From Alphaproteobacteria bacterium (GTDB lineage: Bacteria; Pseudomonadota; Alphaproteobacteria; SP197), in NCBI GenBank assembly GCA_965228895.1, contig OZ245842.1, positions 896,001 through 960,000 on the forward strand: a DNA stretch of 64,000 nucleotides. The letters run 5' to 3'. The notes beneath the pieces were generated by a model. It was not told the DNA's origin. It worked only from the letters and a program-made list of their open reading frames with translations, and ran no database searches. The translations under genes were made by a program, and so were the position numbers. Of this stretch, positions 19,407-29,061 are shown piece by piece; the stretch's first letter is position 1, and every line of letters starts with the position of its first letter.

Positions 19407-22038
19407 GTTGCTGAAATCTATTAAGCATTTCAGTTGCTTTGCGGTGAGTAAGCGGGAACTGATCAGCTGTTAGCTCAACAAGCTGCTGTAGAGCGACTCC
19501 AACAGGAGGCTCTGCACCCTTTATCTTCGGTAGAACCTTCTGGAGAATTTGCTCATCAAGCGCCTCCTGCCATGCAACATTCAGCTCCCGGCAGCGCGAT
19601 ACGTAGTTTTGAACATCATCGATGATCCTAAAACCGAATGGCGCGGTTTCACTGACGCAATCCCACACCTCAACTAGCGCTGACGCGAAGTCAGTGTCGC
19701 CAAGATGCTCGACGATGAGATGACGTGGTGCATCCAGTTCGATGAGCTGAGCACGATCGTAGACTTTGTCTGCAAAACCATGGGTCGTCTCGTCGACATT
19801 TACCGTTCCGACAAAACGCAGATTGGGCGTGAGTTGGAGTGTATTCGCGGGTCCCAACTCAATGGGCGAGGTCCCTTTGCGAAAACGAAGCTCCATTGCG
19901 GAGAGAAACTTTGCGAAGTAGTACTCGACGCGCGCTAGGTTCATTTCATCGAGTACGAGATGATAGGGCTGCGGTGCAACGCCTTGGTCGACAGCCGCTT
20001 GGTAGGCTTGGCCTGCATCCTCTAAGAACTTGCTGAACACCGTGTGGTGATAGACTCCATCGAGCGGATTGTAGAAGCCCAACAAATCCTCGTTGGTTGT
20101 CCAATTCGGTGCCACTGGGACCAGAAGGTAACGCGCTCCGACGGCGTTAGCGTAAGCTTCGGTGAGCCACGTTTTCCCAGACCCACTGATCCCAGAGAGA
20201 ATGACGAAACCTCTGGCCTCAAGTGCAACGTGATACTGGCGCAAGAGTCGCTCGGATATGCGGATTCCTTCCGTCTCAATGACATGTTCGCGGATCTGAT
20301 CAAAAGAAGGAGGAACGTAGGAGGTCACCTCGAATTCGGAACTGTTCTGATCGGTTTGACGCTCTGTGTCCTGATCCTGATCATGCGCTTGTCGTGATTG
20401 GGCGACCCAGATGAAGCTTTGCACATCAAGCATGTCCTGAGGCTCCCAACCCCAGTCTTCCAATGCCTGCCTGACGACATGTGCTAACTGCTTCATCCGC
20501 TCATACTGTTCGGCGTCGAAGGGCTTGGTCTCAAGGCTCGGCCAGCCCATCACCTCCTTGGCCGTCCTGTTGAACTGGTGAGTCTTGACGAAGACCTCTT
20601 CTTTCGGAAATGCGATCATAAGAAACGATGTTGGCAAAAGGCGTGACCATGCCGGAATGAAGTCAAGCCCCAATCTGGCGAAGAGCGTTGCGGCTCGCCT
20701 GTTGAACTCTTCAATGCGCTTTCCAACTTCATTCTCGCTATAGAGAAGGTCGCGCAACATCGCGACGAATTCCCTCTTGGCCGGGCCATCGAATTTTTGG
20801 AAGAAGATAAAGTCGCGCCAGGTGATGAGATTCTGTGAGGCGCCGATTGACGAGAGACGATGACGTAGGAACTGATGGACCGCGTCACACAATAACTCCT
20901 CTGTCTCGTCGGTGCCCGCAGGGGCGCTCAATTGAGTTGCCAACTTCTCCTGGAACAGCGTTGTCAGCTCGACCTTGTAATCCCGTTCCTCCCGTCGGTA
21001 GATGCTTTCGGGTCTAGCTGATGGGAAGTCGTCGAAGTCTTGCATTCGCGAGAGAAAACGCTCTCGCATTGCTTCCAGACCCGGATTGCTGGTCGTGATC
21101 CGCGGTGACGTTTTGAGGTAGGCGTCATACACGCAAAGAATCGCTTCTATGTCTTCAAGTATGCTCTGGTCGTCTGGAACGCTGGCACGCTCATAGAGCT
21201 TGTATGCGATTGTGGAACTCTCGTAGTCGCTACCCAAGCCCGCGCCAATCCGAAGATCAATCTCGTCATCTAGCGAGAACCCTTGTTCGATCAAGGGCGA
21301 GGCGATGCTTCGAAGTCGTTCGGCCTTCGCCCGAACTTCCGCAAGCCCGCCAGCTGGACCAAGCCGCTTCTTCGGTTCTGTCACGCCTTGACTGAACGTG
21401 AGATAGACACCAGTCATATCGGATCGGAATAGGAATGGGCAGTAGACGCCTTCCTGTGTGCTGCGCGTCTCTCGTTGATCGAGCAGCACAATCCAAGGAA
21501 CACGTGCCCAATTGCCTCGACCGACACTCCAGGAGACTTGCAGTGACGATCGAGAACGCACCGTTGACGCTTGTTCAAGGCAGGATTGGATTGTCTCGAA
21601 GTGTGCCCAGAGCTCCGGCAGTTGGCCGTAAGGCTCGTTCTGGGAAATCTCGACATAGGACGACAGGATCTCCTCTAAAGACGACTGGATCGAGTCCGGT
21701 CCGTCTACGATCGAATCGGTGCCGCCCTCCAAAGAAACAAACCCCTTATCAATACAGTAAGTGAGTTCTCCGTAGTCCCAAGGCCATTTCTGAAATCTGC
21801 TAGGGTCCTGATCGTGGGCGCTTCGGGCGAACTGCCTGTATTCCGCTACTGTTTTCCCATCACACTTGGATAGGACATCGTACTGATTCCATGCGTAGGT
21901 GTTCGGCCGTTTCGGGTTTTCTTTTGTCTTAACCCGAATGATGGCATCTGCTTTTGATGAAGAGATGCGATTCATGACGTGGTCGTTGCTGACAGCAAAG
22001 ATTGCGGTTAAGTCTAGACCAACATTTTCTGGTTGCAA
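19384..22038 (-). CDS. mcrB: McrB-family AAA+ GTPase with DUF3578 domain (true start may be ATG 21975)
   Basis: SVGRGNWARVPWI...TQEGVY..FLF (DUF3578), GISGSGKT, LDEMNLARVEYYF, GTVNVDETT, DRA. Confidence 0.9.
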   Translation of the reverse strand: MQPENVGLDLTAIFAVSNDHVMNRISSSKADAIIRVKTKENPKRPNTYAWNQYDVLSKCDGKTVAEYRQFARSAHDQDPSRFQKWPWDYGELTYCIDKGFVSLEGGTDSIVDGPDSIQSSLEEILSSYVEISQNEPYGQLPELWAHFETIQSCLEQASTVRSRSSLQVSWSVGRGNWARVPWIVLLDQRETRSTQEGVYCPFLFRSDMTGVYLTFSQGVTEPKKRLGPAGGLAEVRAKAERLRSIASPLIEQGFSLDDEIDLRIGAGLGSDYESSTIAYKLYERASVPDDQSILEDIEAILCVYDAYLKTSPRITTSNPGLEAMRERFLSRMQDFDDFPSARPESIYRREERDYKVELTTLFQEKLATQLSAPAGTDETEELLCDAVHQFLRHRLSSIGASQNLITWRDFIFFQKFDGPAKREFVAMLRDLLYSENEVGKRIEEFNRRAATLFARLGLDFIPAWSRLLPTSFLMIAFPKEEVFVKTHQFNRTAKEVMGWPSLETKPFDAEQYERMKQLAHVVRQALEDWGWEPQDMLDVQSFIWVAQSRQAHDQDQDTERQTDQNSSEFEVTSYVPPSFDQIREHVIETEGIRISERLLRQYHVALEARGFVILSGISGSGKTWLTEAYANAVGARYLLVPVAPNWTTNEDLLGFYNPLDGVYHHTVFSKFLEDAGQAYQAAVDQGVAPQPYHLVLDEMNLARVEYYFAKFLSAMELRFRKGTSPIELGPANTLQLTPNLRFVGTVNVDETTHGFADKVYDRAQLIELDAPRHLIVEHLGDTDFASALVEVWDCVSETAPFGFRIIDDVQNYVSRCRELNVAWQEALDEQILQKVLPKIKGAEPPVGVALQQLVELTADQFPLTHRKATEMLNRFQQHGFTSYF

Positions 22039-22219
22039 TTGCTCTTATGGATACGACCAGATAGTTAGAGGCGAACACGACGTCGAAACATTCCTAGATT
22101 GTCTGCTCGAGTGTCTGTTCTCACTTCCAGAGCAGATCAACAGGTTCCGAGAGAGACGAACGCCGCAAGCAGACGACGCACTAATCGCTGGCTAACGTCG
22201 TGATCACAAACCAACACCG

Positions 22220-22783
22220 ATGGCGTCCGGCCGAATGAAGAACGTGCCTACATATGGCGAACTAGCCGAACTGCTCGCCAACTACGTCTATGAGAACTGG
22301 TATCGTGAGGAGCCTGGCGAGTGGCACAAGCACGCTAAGCCAGGAGAGAAACTTCCGCCGGTCCAGGTGTTCGATCACATGTTTTCGTCGATGTACCAGC
22401 TTTGCGCTTTCGCGCTTGAAAAGCTGAAGATCACGAAGTTCATTGACGGCAGCCGCTCTGTCTTTCTCTGTGCGCCAGAAGACTTTAAGGCCACAGCCGA
22501 ACGGAACAAAGCAAAGGGCTGCTCCTACGACACACTCGTTGTGACTTTGATTGACATCACTCAGTACGACCGAATTGACGATAAGCTGGTGGCATGTTTG
22601 GCCAACTTGGGCATTTGTGAGCCGGAACCTGAGCAAGTGCCTGCCGAGTTTAGCGTCTTGAACTTCGATACACGGCAGAAAATCCCGGTCAAGGTCGTTG
22701 GCGTGTCCCGGCCTAGCGTCGTCTGGACAGAGCGGAAGAAGTACTATGATGAGTATGGGAGAGAGTGGACCAAGCTGATTTAG
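22220..22783 (+). CDS. Hypothetical protein
   Basis: 187-aa ORF with natural composition; no motif recognised. Confidence 0.6.
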   Translation: MASGRMKNVPTYGELAELLANYVYENWYREEPGEWHKHAKPGEKLPPVQVFDHMFSSMYQLCAFALEKLKITKFIDGSRSVFLCAPEDFKATAERNKAKGCSYDTLVVTLIDITQYDRIDDKLVACLANLGICEPEPEQVPAEFSVLNFDTRQKIPVKVVGVSRPSVVWTERKKYYDEYGREWTKLI

Positions 22784-22814
22784 TGACCGAGAACTCACTT
22801 GAGGAGCACTCGCA

Positions 22815-23396
22815 ATGGAGGAGGAACTTTTAAGATCGATTGTTGCCGGGGCTGCTAGCGGATCCGTGATTGCAGCTATTCTCGGTCTGGTGTTCCATCA
22901 AAGAAAGGCGACCATTGAGAACGCCGTTAAGCATCAGTTCGCTGAGACGCTTGAAGAGTTCAAATCGAAGAGGGGTTGGAAAGAGGAGTCTCTTGCGGAG
23001 CTTATCGCACCAGTAGTTATGCATCTCGGTCGAACTTCGACCGTCTCGGATCGTTACTCCGTGCAAACTTTCAAAAAGGCCGGAGTCTCTTATGCGGATG
23101 CACAGATAATGCGGGAAAGCAACGAAGCAGTCCGTATGATCCTGTTGTCAAAAGGGCATCTGCTTCCCGAGGAATTGCGCGAAACGGCTCATGTGCTGAT
23201 TGCCCACTATGACGAGTGGCTCATTCGGTTTGATACTACTTTGCGAAACGTCGAATCAGCGACCACTTCGAAGTTCGATGTCGGCTTCCCAAACGTAGAT
23301 TTTCCAGATGACGCAGGGAACGCCTTTCAGGCGGCATACGACAGACTACGGGCCGAACTGTACGACTTTAAGATAGAGAAGCGCGATCCTGCTTAG
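22815..23396 (+). CDS. Hypothetical protein with N-terminal transmembrane anchor
   Basis: GAGGAG RBS; IVAGAASGSVIAAILGLVF hydrophobic segment followed by a helical domain. Confidence 0.7.
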   Translation: MEEELLRSIVAGAASGSVIAAILGLVFHQRKATIENAVKHQFAETLEEFKSKRGWKEESLAELIAPVVMHLGRTSTVSDRYSVQTFKKAGVSYADAQIMRESNEAVRMILLSKGHLLPEELRETAHVLIAHYDEWLIRFDTTLRNVESATTSKFDVGFPNVDFPDDAGNAFQAAYDRLRAELYDFKIEKRDPA

Positions 23397-23475
23397 CGGC
23401 CCGAAGCAGCGGGTCGCGAGCGTAGAAATGTCGAAGGCCTTAACTCTCTTGGCAGTCTCATCGCGGAGTCAACTC

Positions 23476-23662
23476 TTACTCGTTCGTTTGGTCCTGGTCG
23501 GACGTAGCTGGGTCAGGCGACTTCGTCTCAGCACTTTGGGCTGCCTTGTTCGACTGTGCTTTCTGCCATCCAAGCACTGCACCGATGGCTGCAAACGGTA
23601 TGTTTAGCGCCGCCCAGAGCAACGGCAATCACTGTTAGAACTACCTTGGTGTACCGATCCAC
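23476..23662 (-). pseudogene. Small membrane/exported protein with an apparent 1-nt frameshift
   Basis: GGAGG RBS, then GTG-DRYTKVVLTVIAVAL. Removing one base of the run at 23613-23615 restores AALNIPFAAIGAVLGWQK...NE*. Confidence 0.35.
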
Positions 23663-24004
23663 GACCTTCCCTCCGTTGACAGTTGAGGACGCTACTGAGC
23701 GTCACGGTAAAGAGTTATCGAGCGACCTATTTTGTTGGAAAGGTCTTCCCTACAAGCCCCGGGTGGCGGACACGAACGCGATTATCGCGCCAACACTCAT
23801 GATGACGATCCACGAGAACTCTGCGCTCCAGCCAAGAGCGAGGCCAATCAGACCAAACCAAGACAGAGCCATTCCATCGAACAATCCGTACCTTAGTTTG
23901 CGATCTCGATCCTCTCCGTCCACGGTCTAATGAGTTCCTTCAAGCGCAATACTTACAAGTCGCCTGATAGCCAACCGTGCGGCCACCAAGGATGGAGAGA
24001 CGAA

Positions 24005-24175
24005 ATGACACTACGGGAAGACCTTATTGCTTTGCTCGAAAAGCACGACACAGAGATCCCGTTGAACACGAGCAACGCGGTACTGGCAGACCACATGCTA
24101 AGAGCTATGGAGTCGCTGGCGCAGTCCATATCCCAGCATGATGACGAGGCCCAACATACCGGAAACGGGCGGTAG
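24005..24175 (+). CDS. Small phage-like hypothetical protein
   Basis: GGAGAG RBS; MTLREDLIALLEKHDTEIPLNTSNAVLADHML resembles small phage proteins with an L..H..E...NT...ILA..L pattern. Confidence 0.5.
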   Translation: MTLREDLIALLEKHDTEIPLNTSNAVLADHMLRAMESLAQSISQHDDEAQHTGNGR

Positions 24176-24177
24176 GA

Positions 24178-24348
24178 ATGCCCAAGAAGAAGAAAAGGCG
24201 GACCAGCCAGTTTCAGCGGACCGACGGCCATAAGTCGTCAACGCGATGGGACCGCATGAAGGACGACAGAGCCGGTGACATGCTCAAAGACGACGCCGAG
24301 CGGCTGTCTCGCAAATATGTCGCGCGAAAGCCGAAGGGGAAGAAGTGA
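24178..24348 (+). CDS. 56-aa highly basic peptide
   Basis: MPKKKKRRTSQFQRTDGHKSSTRWDRMKDDRAGDMLKDDAERLSRKYVARKPKGKK starts 2 nt after the previous stop. Confidence 0.4.
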   Translation: MPKKKKRRTSQFQRTDGHKSSTRWDRMKDDRAGDMLKDDAERLSRKYVARKPKGKK

Positions 24349-24722
24349 CTGACGCCGCGCAAGACGCAAGGCAGGTAGGTACGGAAGGGCGGGTTTCGTG
24401 GCTCGCCCTTCGACTTTCGGGCGCTAACTTTGGCCTAGGCCGACTCATCCAATCGCCAATGCAAGCGCCAGGGCGGCAATCAACAGGAAGACGATGAAGC
24501 AGGCCCAGAGCAGCCTCTTCAGAATGGCCCCTGGCGAATTTGAACTCATCATCCTTTCTCCTCTTTGGTGAGGGCGCGAACGGTCGCATCTCGACGGTCG
24601 CTGACCGGTATACAGCCAGAGTCAGATGGAGCGTTGAAACAAAGGACCTTAGACCCCATACTTTTAACCGGTGGGACGATGGCTTTCACAGCCACCTCCT
24701 TCCAGGGTTACCTACGAAGTTC

Positions 24723-24758
24723 GAGGTGGATCGTTGCAGCGATCCACCTCCTTCTTTT
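24723..24758 (+). terminator. Intrinsic terminator-like hairpin
   Basis: GAGGTGGATCG-ttgcag-CGATCCACCTC perfect 11-bp stem followed by CTTCTTTT; lies between convergent gene groups. Confidence 0.65.
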
Positions 24759-24786
24759 CGTCCTCCTGACATCCGCTCGAAGAAGC

Positions 24787-25506
24787 TCAGGCAAGCGAAA
24801 CTGCGACCTCAACACCAAAGTGATCTGACAGTCGCGAACCATCTGGACGATAGTTGTCTATTGCCCTGACGTGCGTGCAGCGAAGCTCGGACGAATGTGC
24901 CAGGTGATCAACGCCCGGCTTCATACAAGATGCAATGTCACCAGAAGTCGCGACTGTTAATCCGGGGCCAAGTGCTTCGAGCAATGCATCGTACGTGTAT
25001 TGGGGTTGCCTGCCTTTCGGAATCCTTTGGTTGAAGTCTCCCATGACGATTGTTGGCAAGTGCTCATCACGCGCTTCCAGAATGAGAGACAAGCCCTGAA
25101 CAAAGTGCAGGTGGTCCTCCCAAAGTTTGCGGTCTGACCGTCCAGTTCGCACATGCGCGTCTCGCCAAGGGATGCAAACTCCGACAACGTTCAGTGGTCC
25201 GATTGAAGTTTCGGTTACCCCTGAGACTATGCGTCCGCTTGGAATGTCGTGGTCGTGATAGTTGGCAACTTGGTTCCACGCGCCACGTGCCGCGAGAAGT
25301 ACCTTCCTCCGCCCTGAGCGGATGCGATAGCCGTAGTCCTCGTGGCTAGAGATGGTATTCCAAGGCGCTGGTAGAGAGGCTTCGAAGGTCTCTGTCAGGC
25401 AAACTAGGTCGCAAGAATTGAGGTTGAGTCTCTCAATGATGACCTGGTGACGTTCCGTGCCAGGCTTTGCCCACTCCGTATTCCAATTCCTCACTACTAG
25501 GGCCAA
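24787..25506 (-). CDS. Endonuclease/exonuclease/phosphatase (EEP) family protein
   Basis: NWN, DLVCLTE, MGDFN, VDH, LSDHFGV. Confidence 0.88.
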   Translation of the reverse strand: MALVVRNWNTEWAKPGTERHQVIIERLNLNSCDLVCLTETFEASLPAPWNTISSHEDYGYRIRSGRRKVLLAARGAWNQVANYHDHDIPSGRIVSGVTETSIGPLNVVGVCIPWRDAHVRTGRSDRKLWEDHLHFVQGLSLILEARDEHLPTIVMGDFNQRIPKGRQPQYTYDALLEALGPGLTVATSGDIASCMKPGVDHLAHSSELRCTHVRAIDNYRPDGSRLSDHFGVEVAVSLA

Positions 25507-25913
25507 CAGAACTCACCAATCGGCATGCTGAGATGTCGCCCATCTTCGTACTGAGCGTACGCTCCGCCACTATACCGTGGACAGTCTCTCGCATGCGCGT
25601 GCTGGACCATCATCGCTGCGATGTCCTGGCCGTCTAGCAAGCACGTCGCCACGATCCGGTCGAAGCTTGTTCCGTTCTGCTGGCAGGCAAGCGTTCGTCC
25701 GCTGATGATATCGGCAAGCGCTTCCTTCGAGACCGAACCAATCCCCGTGTCCATCTCAGGAGCATCGATGCCGTGTATGCGGACCTTTTTGCCGTCGGTA
25801 CACCAGAACGTGTCGCCATCCACGACGGGTCCGACAGTGCAGTTGAACTGCTGAGCGAACGCAGTCGAGGTCAATGCGAATAGGGCAGTTATGAGAAGCG
25901 CAGCGAATCTCAT
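25497..25913 (-). CDS. Secreted thermonuclease (SNase family)
   Basis: Signal peptide ending AFA; VVDGDT, RIHGIDAPE, DRIVATC. Confidence 0.9.
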   Translation of the reverse strand: MRFAALLITALFALTSTAFAQQFNCTVGPVVDGDTFWCTDGKKVRIHGIDAPEMDTGIGSVSKEALADIISGRTLACQQNGTSFDRIVATCLLDGQDIAAMMVQHAHARDCPRYSGGAYAQYEDGRHLSMPIGEFCWP

Positions 25914-25984
25914 TGCATCGCGCCATTCAGCGCCGTGGTTGGTGGGTTGTTGAGGCGCATACCAGAGTGCATCTGTTTAGCTGA

Positions 25985-26815
25985 TTAGGCCTCAGTACAT
26001 TTGGCAGAGATCGCATTCTTGAAGGACACGTATCCAAGCGTCGGATGATGGAACTTCGGCAGATCGAGGAGTGGCCAGAGTAGACTTAGGTAAGAGGTTT
26101 CGCTGTTTGATTCTTCCGACGCTCTGATTCCTGAAGAGATCAAGCCACACAGTTTGCCATCAACAAACACTCCACCACCACTCATTCCACCCTCAACTCG
26201 CGCGTCAGATTCGAAACACGGGCACGGCATCATTACATTGTCACGTCCCTCTGGGTAAACGGCTGTTACGACGCCCGACGAGCGCTTGGGAGTGACGCTC
26301 GTGTTCATTTGCCGCCGACCATCCACAACTGAGATATGTGCGGATGAATCTGGGTACCCAAATGCGACACAAACTTCGCCAACCTTCGGCGGTTCCATGT
26401 TGATTACTCGCGGCTTGAGTGCCGATGATTGGGTGGCGGATAGCTCCGGATGCGGCATCACACCTAAAACGGCCAAATCCAGTTCTGGATGGCAAGCGTA
26501 ACCCGTGACACACCAGATGAACATTTCAGAGGTATTGTCGCCGCTTTCAACAAGGCTGACTGCAACATCCGATATCTCGATTTCTTCTTCGCCTTCTAGC
26601 CGAATGCCGAATATCTCATCGACTACATGCGCAGCGGTGATGGCCATTCCACTTTCGATCAATACTGCAGTGCCGGGTATGGCTACATCATCGCCCCGTT
26701 CCGACACAATTGGCATGACGCAACGACAGATGGCCAATTCGGCTTCCGGTATGTCACTAAACTCCACGGACACGGAGCCACTCCCTTGAGTCGACCCGAG
26801 ACCTGGCGCGTGCAT
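25985..26815 (-). CDS. Trypsin-like serine protease
   Basis: TAAHV, DLAVL and GMSGGGV catalytic triad motifs; no signal peptide. Confidence 0.88.
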   Translation of the reverse strand: MHAPGLGSTQGSGSVSVEFSDIPEAELAICRCVMPIVSERGDDVAIPGTAVLIESGMAITAAHVVDEIFGIRLEGEEEIEISDVAVSLVESGDNTSEMFIWCVTGYACHPELDLAVLGVMPHPELSATQSSALKPRVINMEPPKVGEVCVAFGYPDSSAHISVVDGRRQMNTSVTPKRSSGVVTAVYPEGRDNVMMPCPCFESDARVEGGMSGGGVFVDGKLCGLISSGIRASEESNSETSYLSLLWPLLDLPKFHHPTLGYVSFKNAISAKCTEA

Positions 26816-26827
26816 GCACGATCATCA

Positions 26828-27022
26828 TCAATGCACCGCCCCATCAGACTCTGTGTTCTGCAGTTCCTTTATCGCATCCAAGATACGTCGCCACACGGCA
26901 CAGCCATCGAGATCACCTGCGTCCAATAGCTCGTCGATGCGACCGGCAGCATGGAACACCGGGTCATCGTAGGTCTTGATGACTTCGTTTGCGGCGATCC
27001 ATATGTCGCGGTCGGAGATCAT
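26828..27022 (-). CDS. Small helical protein (DUF6961-like)
   Basis: DIWIAAN...AAGRIDELLDAGDLDGCAVWRRILDAIKEL resembles a small alphaproteobacterial family. Confidence 0.65.
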   Translation of the reverse strand: MISDRDIWIAANEVIKTYDDPVFHAAGRIDELLDAGDLDGCAVWRRILDAIKELQNTESDGAVH

Positions 27023-27028
27023 CTACGG

Positions 27029-27420
27029 CTACTCGGACACGCCAAAGCGGTCGCTGTAAGTCAGAACAGCACTGAGCATTACGTCGCTATGGACATCTGA
27101 GATAGTCGGGTTGTCGAAGCGGGCCACTACCCCACCTTCAGACATGACTTCAATGAAGTTACCGTCTGCCCGGTTCTTGACTGCTGCAAGAAGTTCATAC
27201 CCCTCAGCACGGAGATCATCGACAATCTCTTGTACGTTCTCCAAGACAAGCTCGTCTGTTGTCTCAGAATAGACGACCACGCCCTCTCCGGAGGCAAAAG
27301 TGGCAAAGTCTCTCGGACTGAGGTTTTCAAGTTCAGGCCATCAGCCACGGCAATCAATGCAGGAGCAGGAACGGCCATCAGGAGCCCGGCTAGTAGCATG
27401 AGGGCTAGGTTTGCTTTCAT
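27029..27420 (-). pseudogene. Exported protein, paralog of the neighbouring gene, frameshifted near 27337
   Basis: Signal peptide MKANLALMLLAGLL... lies in one frame; PELENLSPRDFATFASGEGVVVYSET... lies in another and aligns with the neighbour's PEQDHPRVFAAKASHEGVVVYAET. Confidence 0.7.
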
Positions 27421-27860
27421 TGCTCGTACGGTGCGCCGAAGCGGTCGATGTAGATGCCCATTGCACCCAGAGCGACTTTGGTGCGGACATCCACAGCACT
27501 TGGACTATCAAAGCGCGCTACGATTCCTCCCTCAGACATGATCTCGATGAAGTTGCCATCTGCCTTGTACCTAACTGCGGCCCGCATCTCATACCCTTCG
27601 GCCCGCAAATCTTGCACTATATCGGTAACGTGCTCCAAGACACCGTCGTCCATCGTCTCAGCGTAAACGACGACTCCCTCGTGTGATGCCTTGGCCGCGA
27701 AGACACGTGGGTGGTCTTGCTCGGGCTCCGCTTCGTCGGCGAAGCCCGAAGGCACCACCAAACCTTGCGCCAGGACGAAGGCCACGATTGCAGCCGCCGC
27801 TACAACCAGTGCGGAGCGGTGCTTGCCCCGGAGGCACACGCCGACCCTATTCGGCCTCAT
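27417..27860 (-). CDS. Exported hypothetical protein
   Basis: N-terminal hydrophobic segment; DLRAEGYE...ADGNFIE.MSEGG.VARFD shared with the downstream paralog; ATGA coupling. Confidence 0.7.
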   Translation of the reverse strand: MRPNRVGVCLRGKHRSALVVAAAAIVAFVLAQGLVVPSGFADEAEPEQDHPRVFAAKASHEGVVVYAETMDDGVLEHVTDIVQDLRAEGYEMRAAVRYKADGNFIEIMSEGGIVARFDSPSAVDVRTKVALGAMGIYIDRFGAPYEQ

Positions 27861-28299
27861 AAGCTGAGTCCGGAAGCTGGAGACATCGTTCGTCGGACTG
27901 GAGCCGCTCCAAGCTCGCGAGGCAGTACTGGACCATAGCGCTGTCGAGTGACTGCAGCACATTTCCCAAGTTGTAGTCACCCGCCGAGTGTCCACCAACG
28001 TAGAACCGAATGACGGTGTTGATGCCGTCACCTAGTCTGACGAACGACTTTGACGGGAAGCCTTTGTCCTGAAAACGGTCTTCAATGACATACGCAACCT
28101 GCTCAGGTGTGTATTCGGACCCCCGGCCACCGATAACTGCGAACCCTATGGCATCGTGATCCTCTGAGTAGTCTCCGGCCTGCCGACTAACCGTTGGATG
28201 ATACTCGGCATCGGCGGACTGCCCCAGAGCATCGCCACTAGCCGCAGCGAACAGCAGCAGAACAAAACAGCCAACTAGATGCCTCACGGTCGCCCCCAT
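27847..28299 (-). CDS. Exported hypothetical protein
   Basis: Signal peptide (RHLVGCFVLLLFAAASGDALG); overlaps the start of the next gene. Confidence 0.65.
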   Translation of the reverse strand: MGATVRHLVGCFVLLLFAAASGDALGQSADAEYHPTVSRQAGDYSEDHDAIGFAVIGGRGSEYTPEQVAYVIEDRFQDKGFPSKSFVRLGDGINTVIRFYVGGHSAGDYNLGNVLQSLDSAMVQYCLASLERLQSDERCLQLPDSAYEAE

Positions 28300-28773
28300 G
28301 GGTTGCGCCAAGCCTAGCGCAGCAACCTGATGTGTTCTACCGCTCCCCTCTCGGATGATCCCACAACGCCTCTGCATCCCCGTGCAAGGGTTTGAGGCAA
28401 AGGACAACGCAACCACCAAGTCAGAGCCTTGCTGATTCTAAGGGTCTGACATGCGCTGCTGAGTCTGATCTCGCGGCGCGTTGAATGAACCCACGAGCAT
28501 TGCGCTCCTGCCCCTGCTCCTCATCTTGCACCTGAGTCACTGCCATCAGCCAGTCGTTCACGCGCGCCCTAAGCTTTTTCTGCACCTCGGGTGTCGGACC
28601 ACCCAGCATGATGACGCGGAACGATTTTCCATCCTATATGGCACCACGTATGAGCCGCATGGCGTGTCGGCTAGAAAAATCTCTGGACGCACCCTGAGTT
28701 TGTTCTATCTATGTTCCTTCATGGAGATGGAGGGGCTTCATGCAATCTGAGCAGTCAAACTGTCGGAGGAAGC

Positions 28774-28986
28774 ATGGAGTTTCTATCGAGTGGACTGTCC
28801 CTAGTCGCGGAACACGTCGACGCGGCCATTCCTGCACTGGCTACTGTTGCCGGGGTCTGGCTTGCCGAGCGGATTCGGTCAAAGAGGCGGAAGACTTTGA
28901 GTGACGCTTGCCAGCAGAGCGTCAACGTTAACGTGGAACTGAACATTAGCAGGAACGCCGACGAGGCGGATGACTTGCGCGATTAA
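28774..28986 (+). CDS. Small single-TM hypothetical protein
   Basis: GGAGG RBS; AIPALATVAGVWL followed by a basic cluster. Confidence 0.5.
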   Translation: MEFLSSGLSLVAEHVDAAIPALATVAGVWLAERIRSKRRKTLSDACQQSVNVNVELNISRNADEADDLRD

Positions 28987-29061
28987 GCAACCAGCCTGAT
29001 TACTCCTCGCGGCGATGTAGGCTGGCCTACTGCCAATCTCGTCATCCGCTGGGGAAACTCG

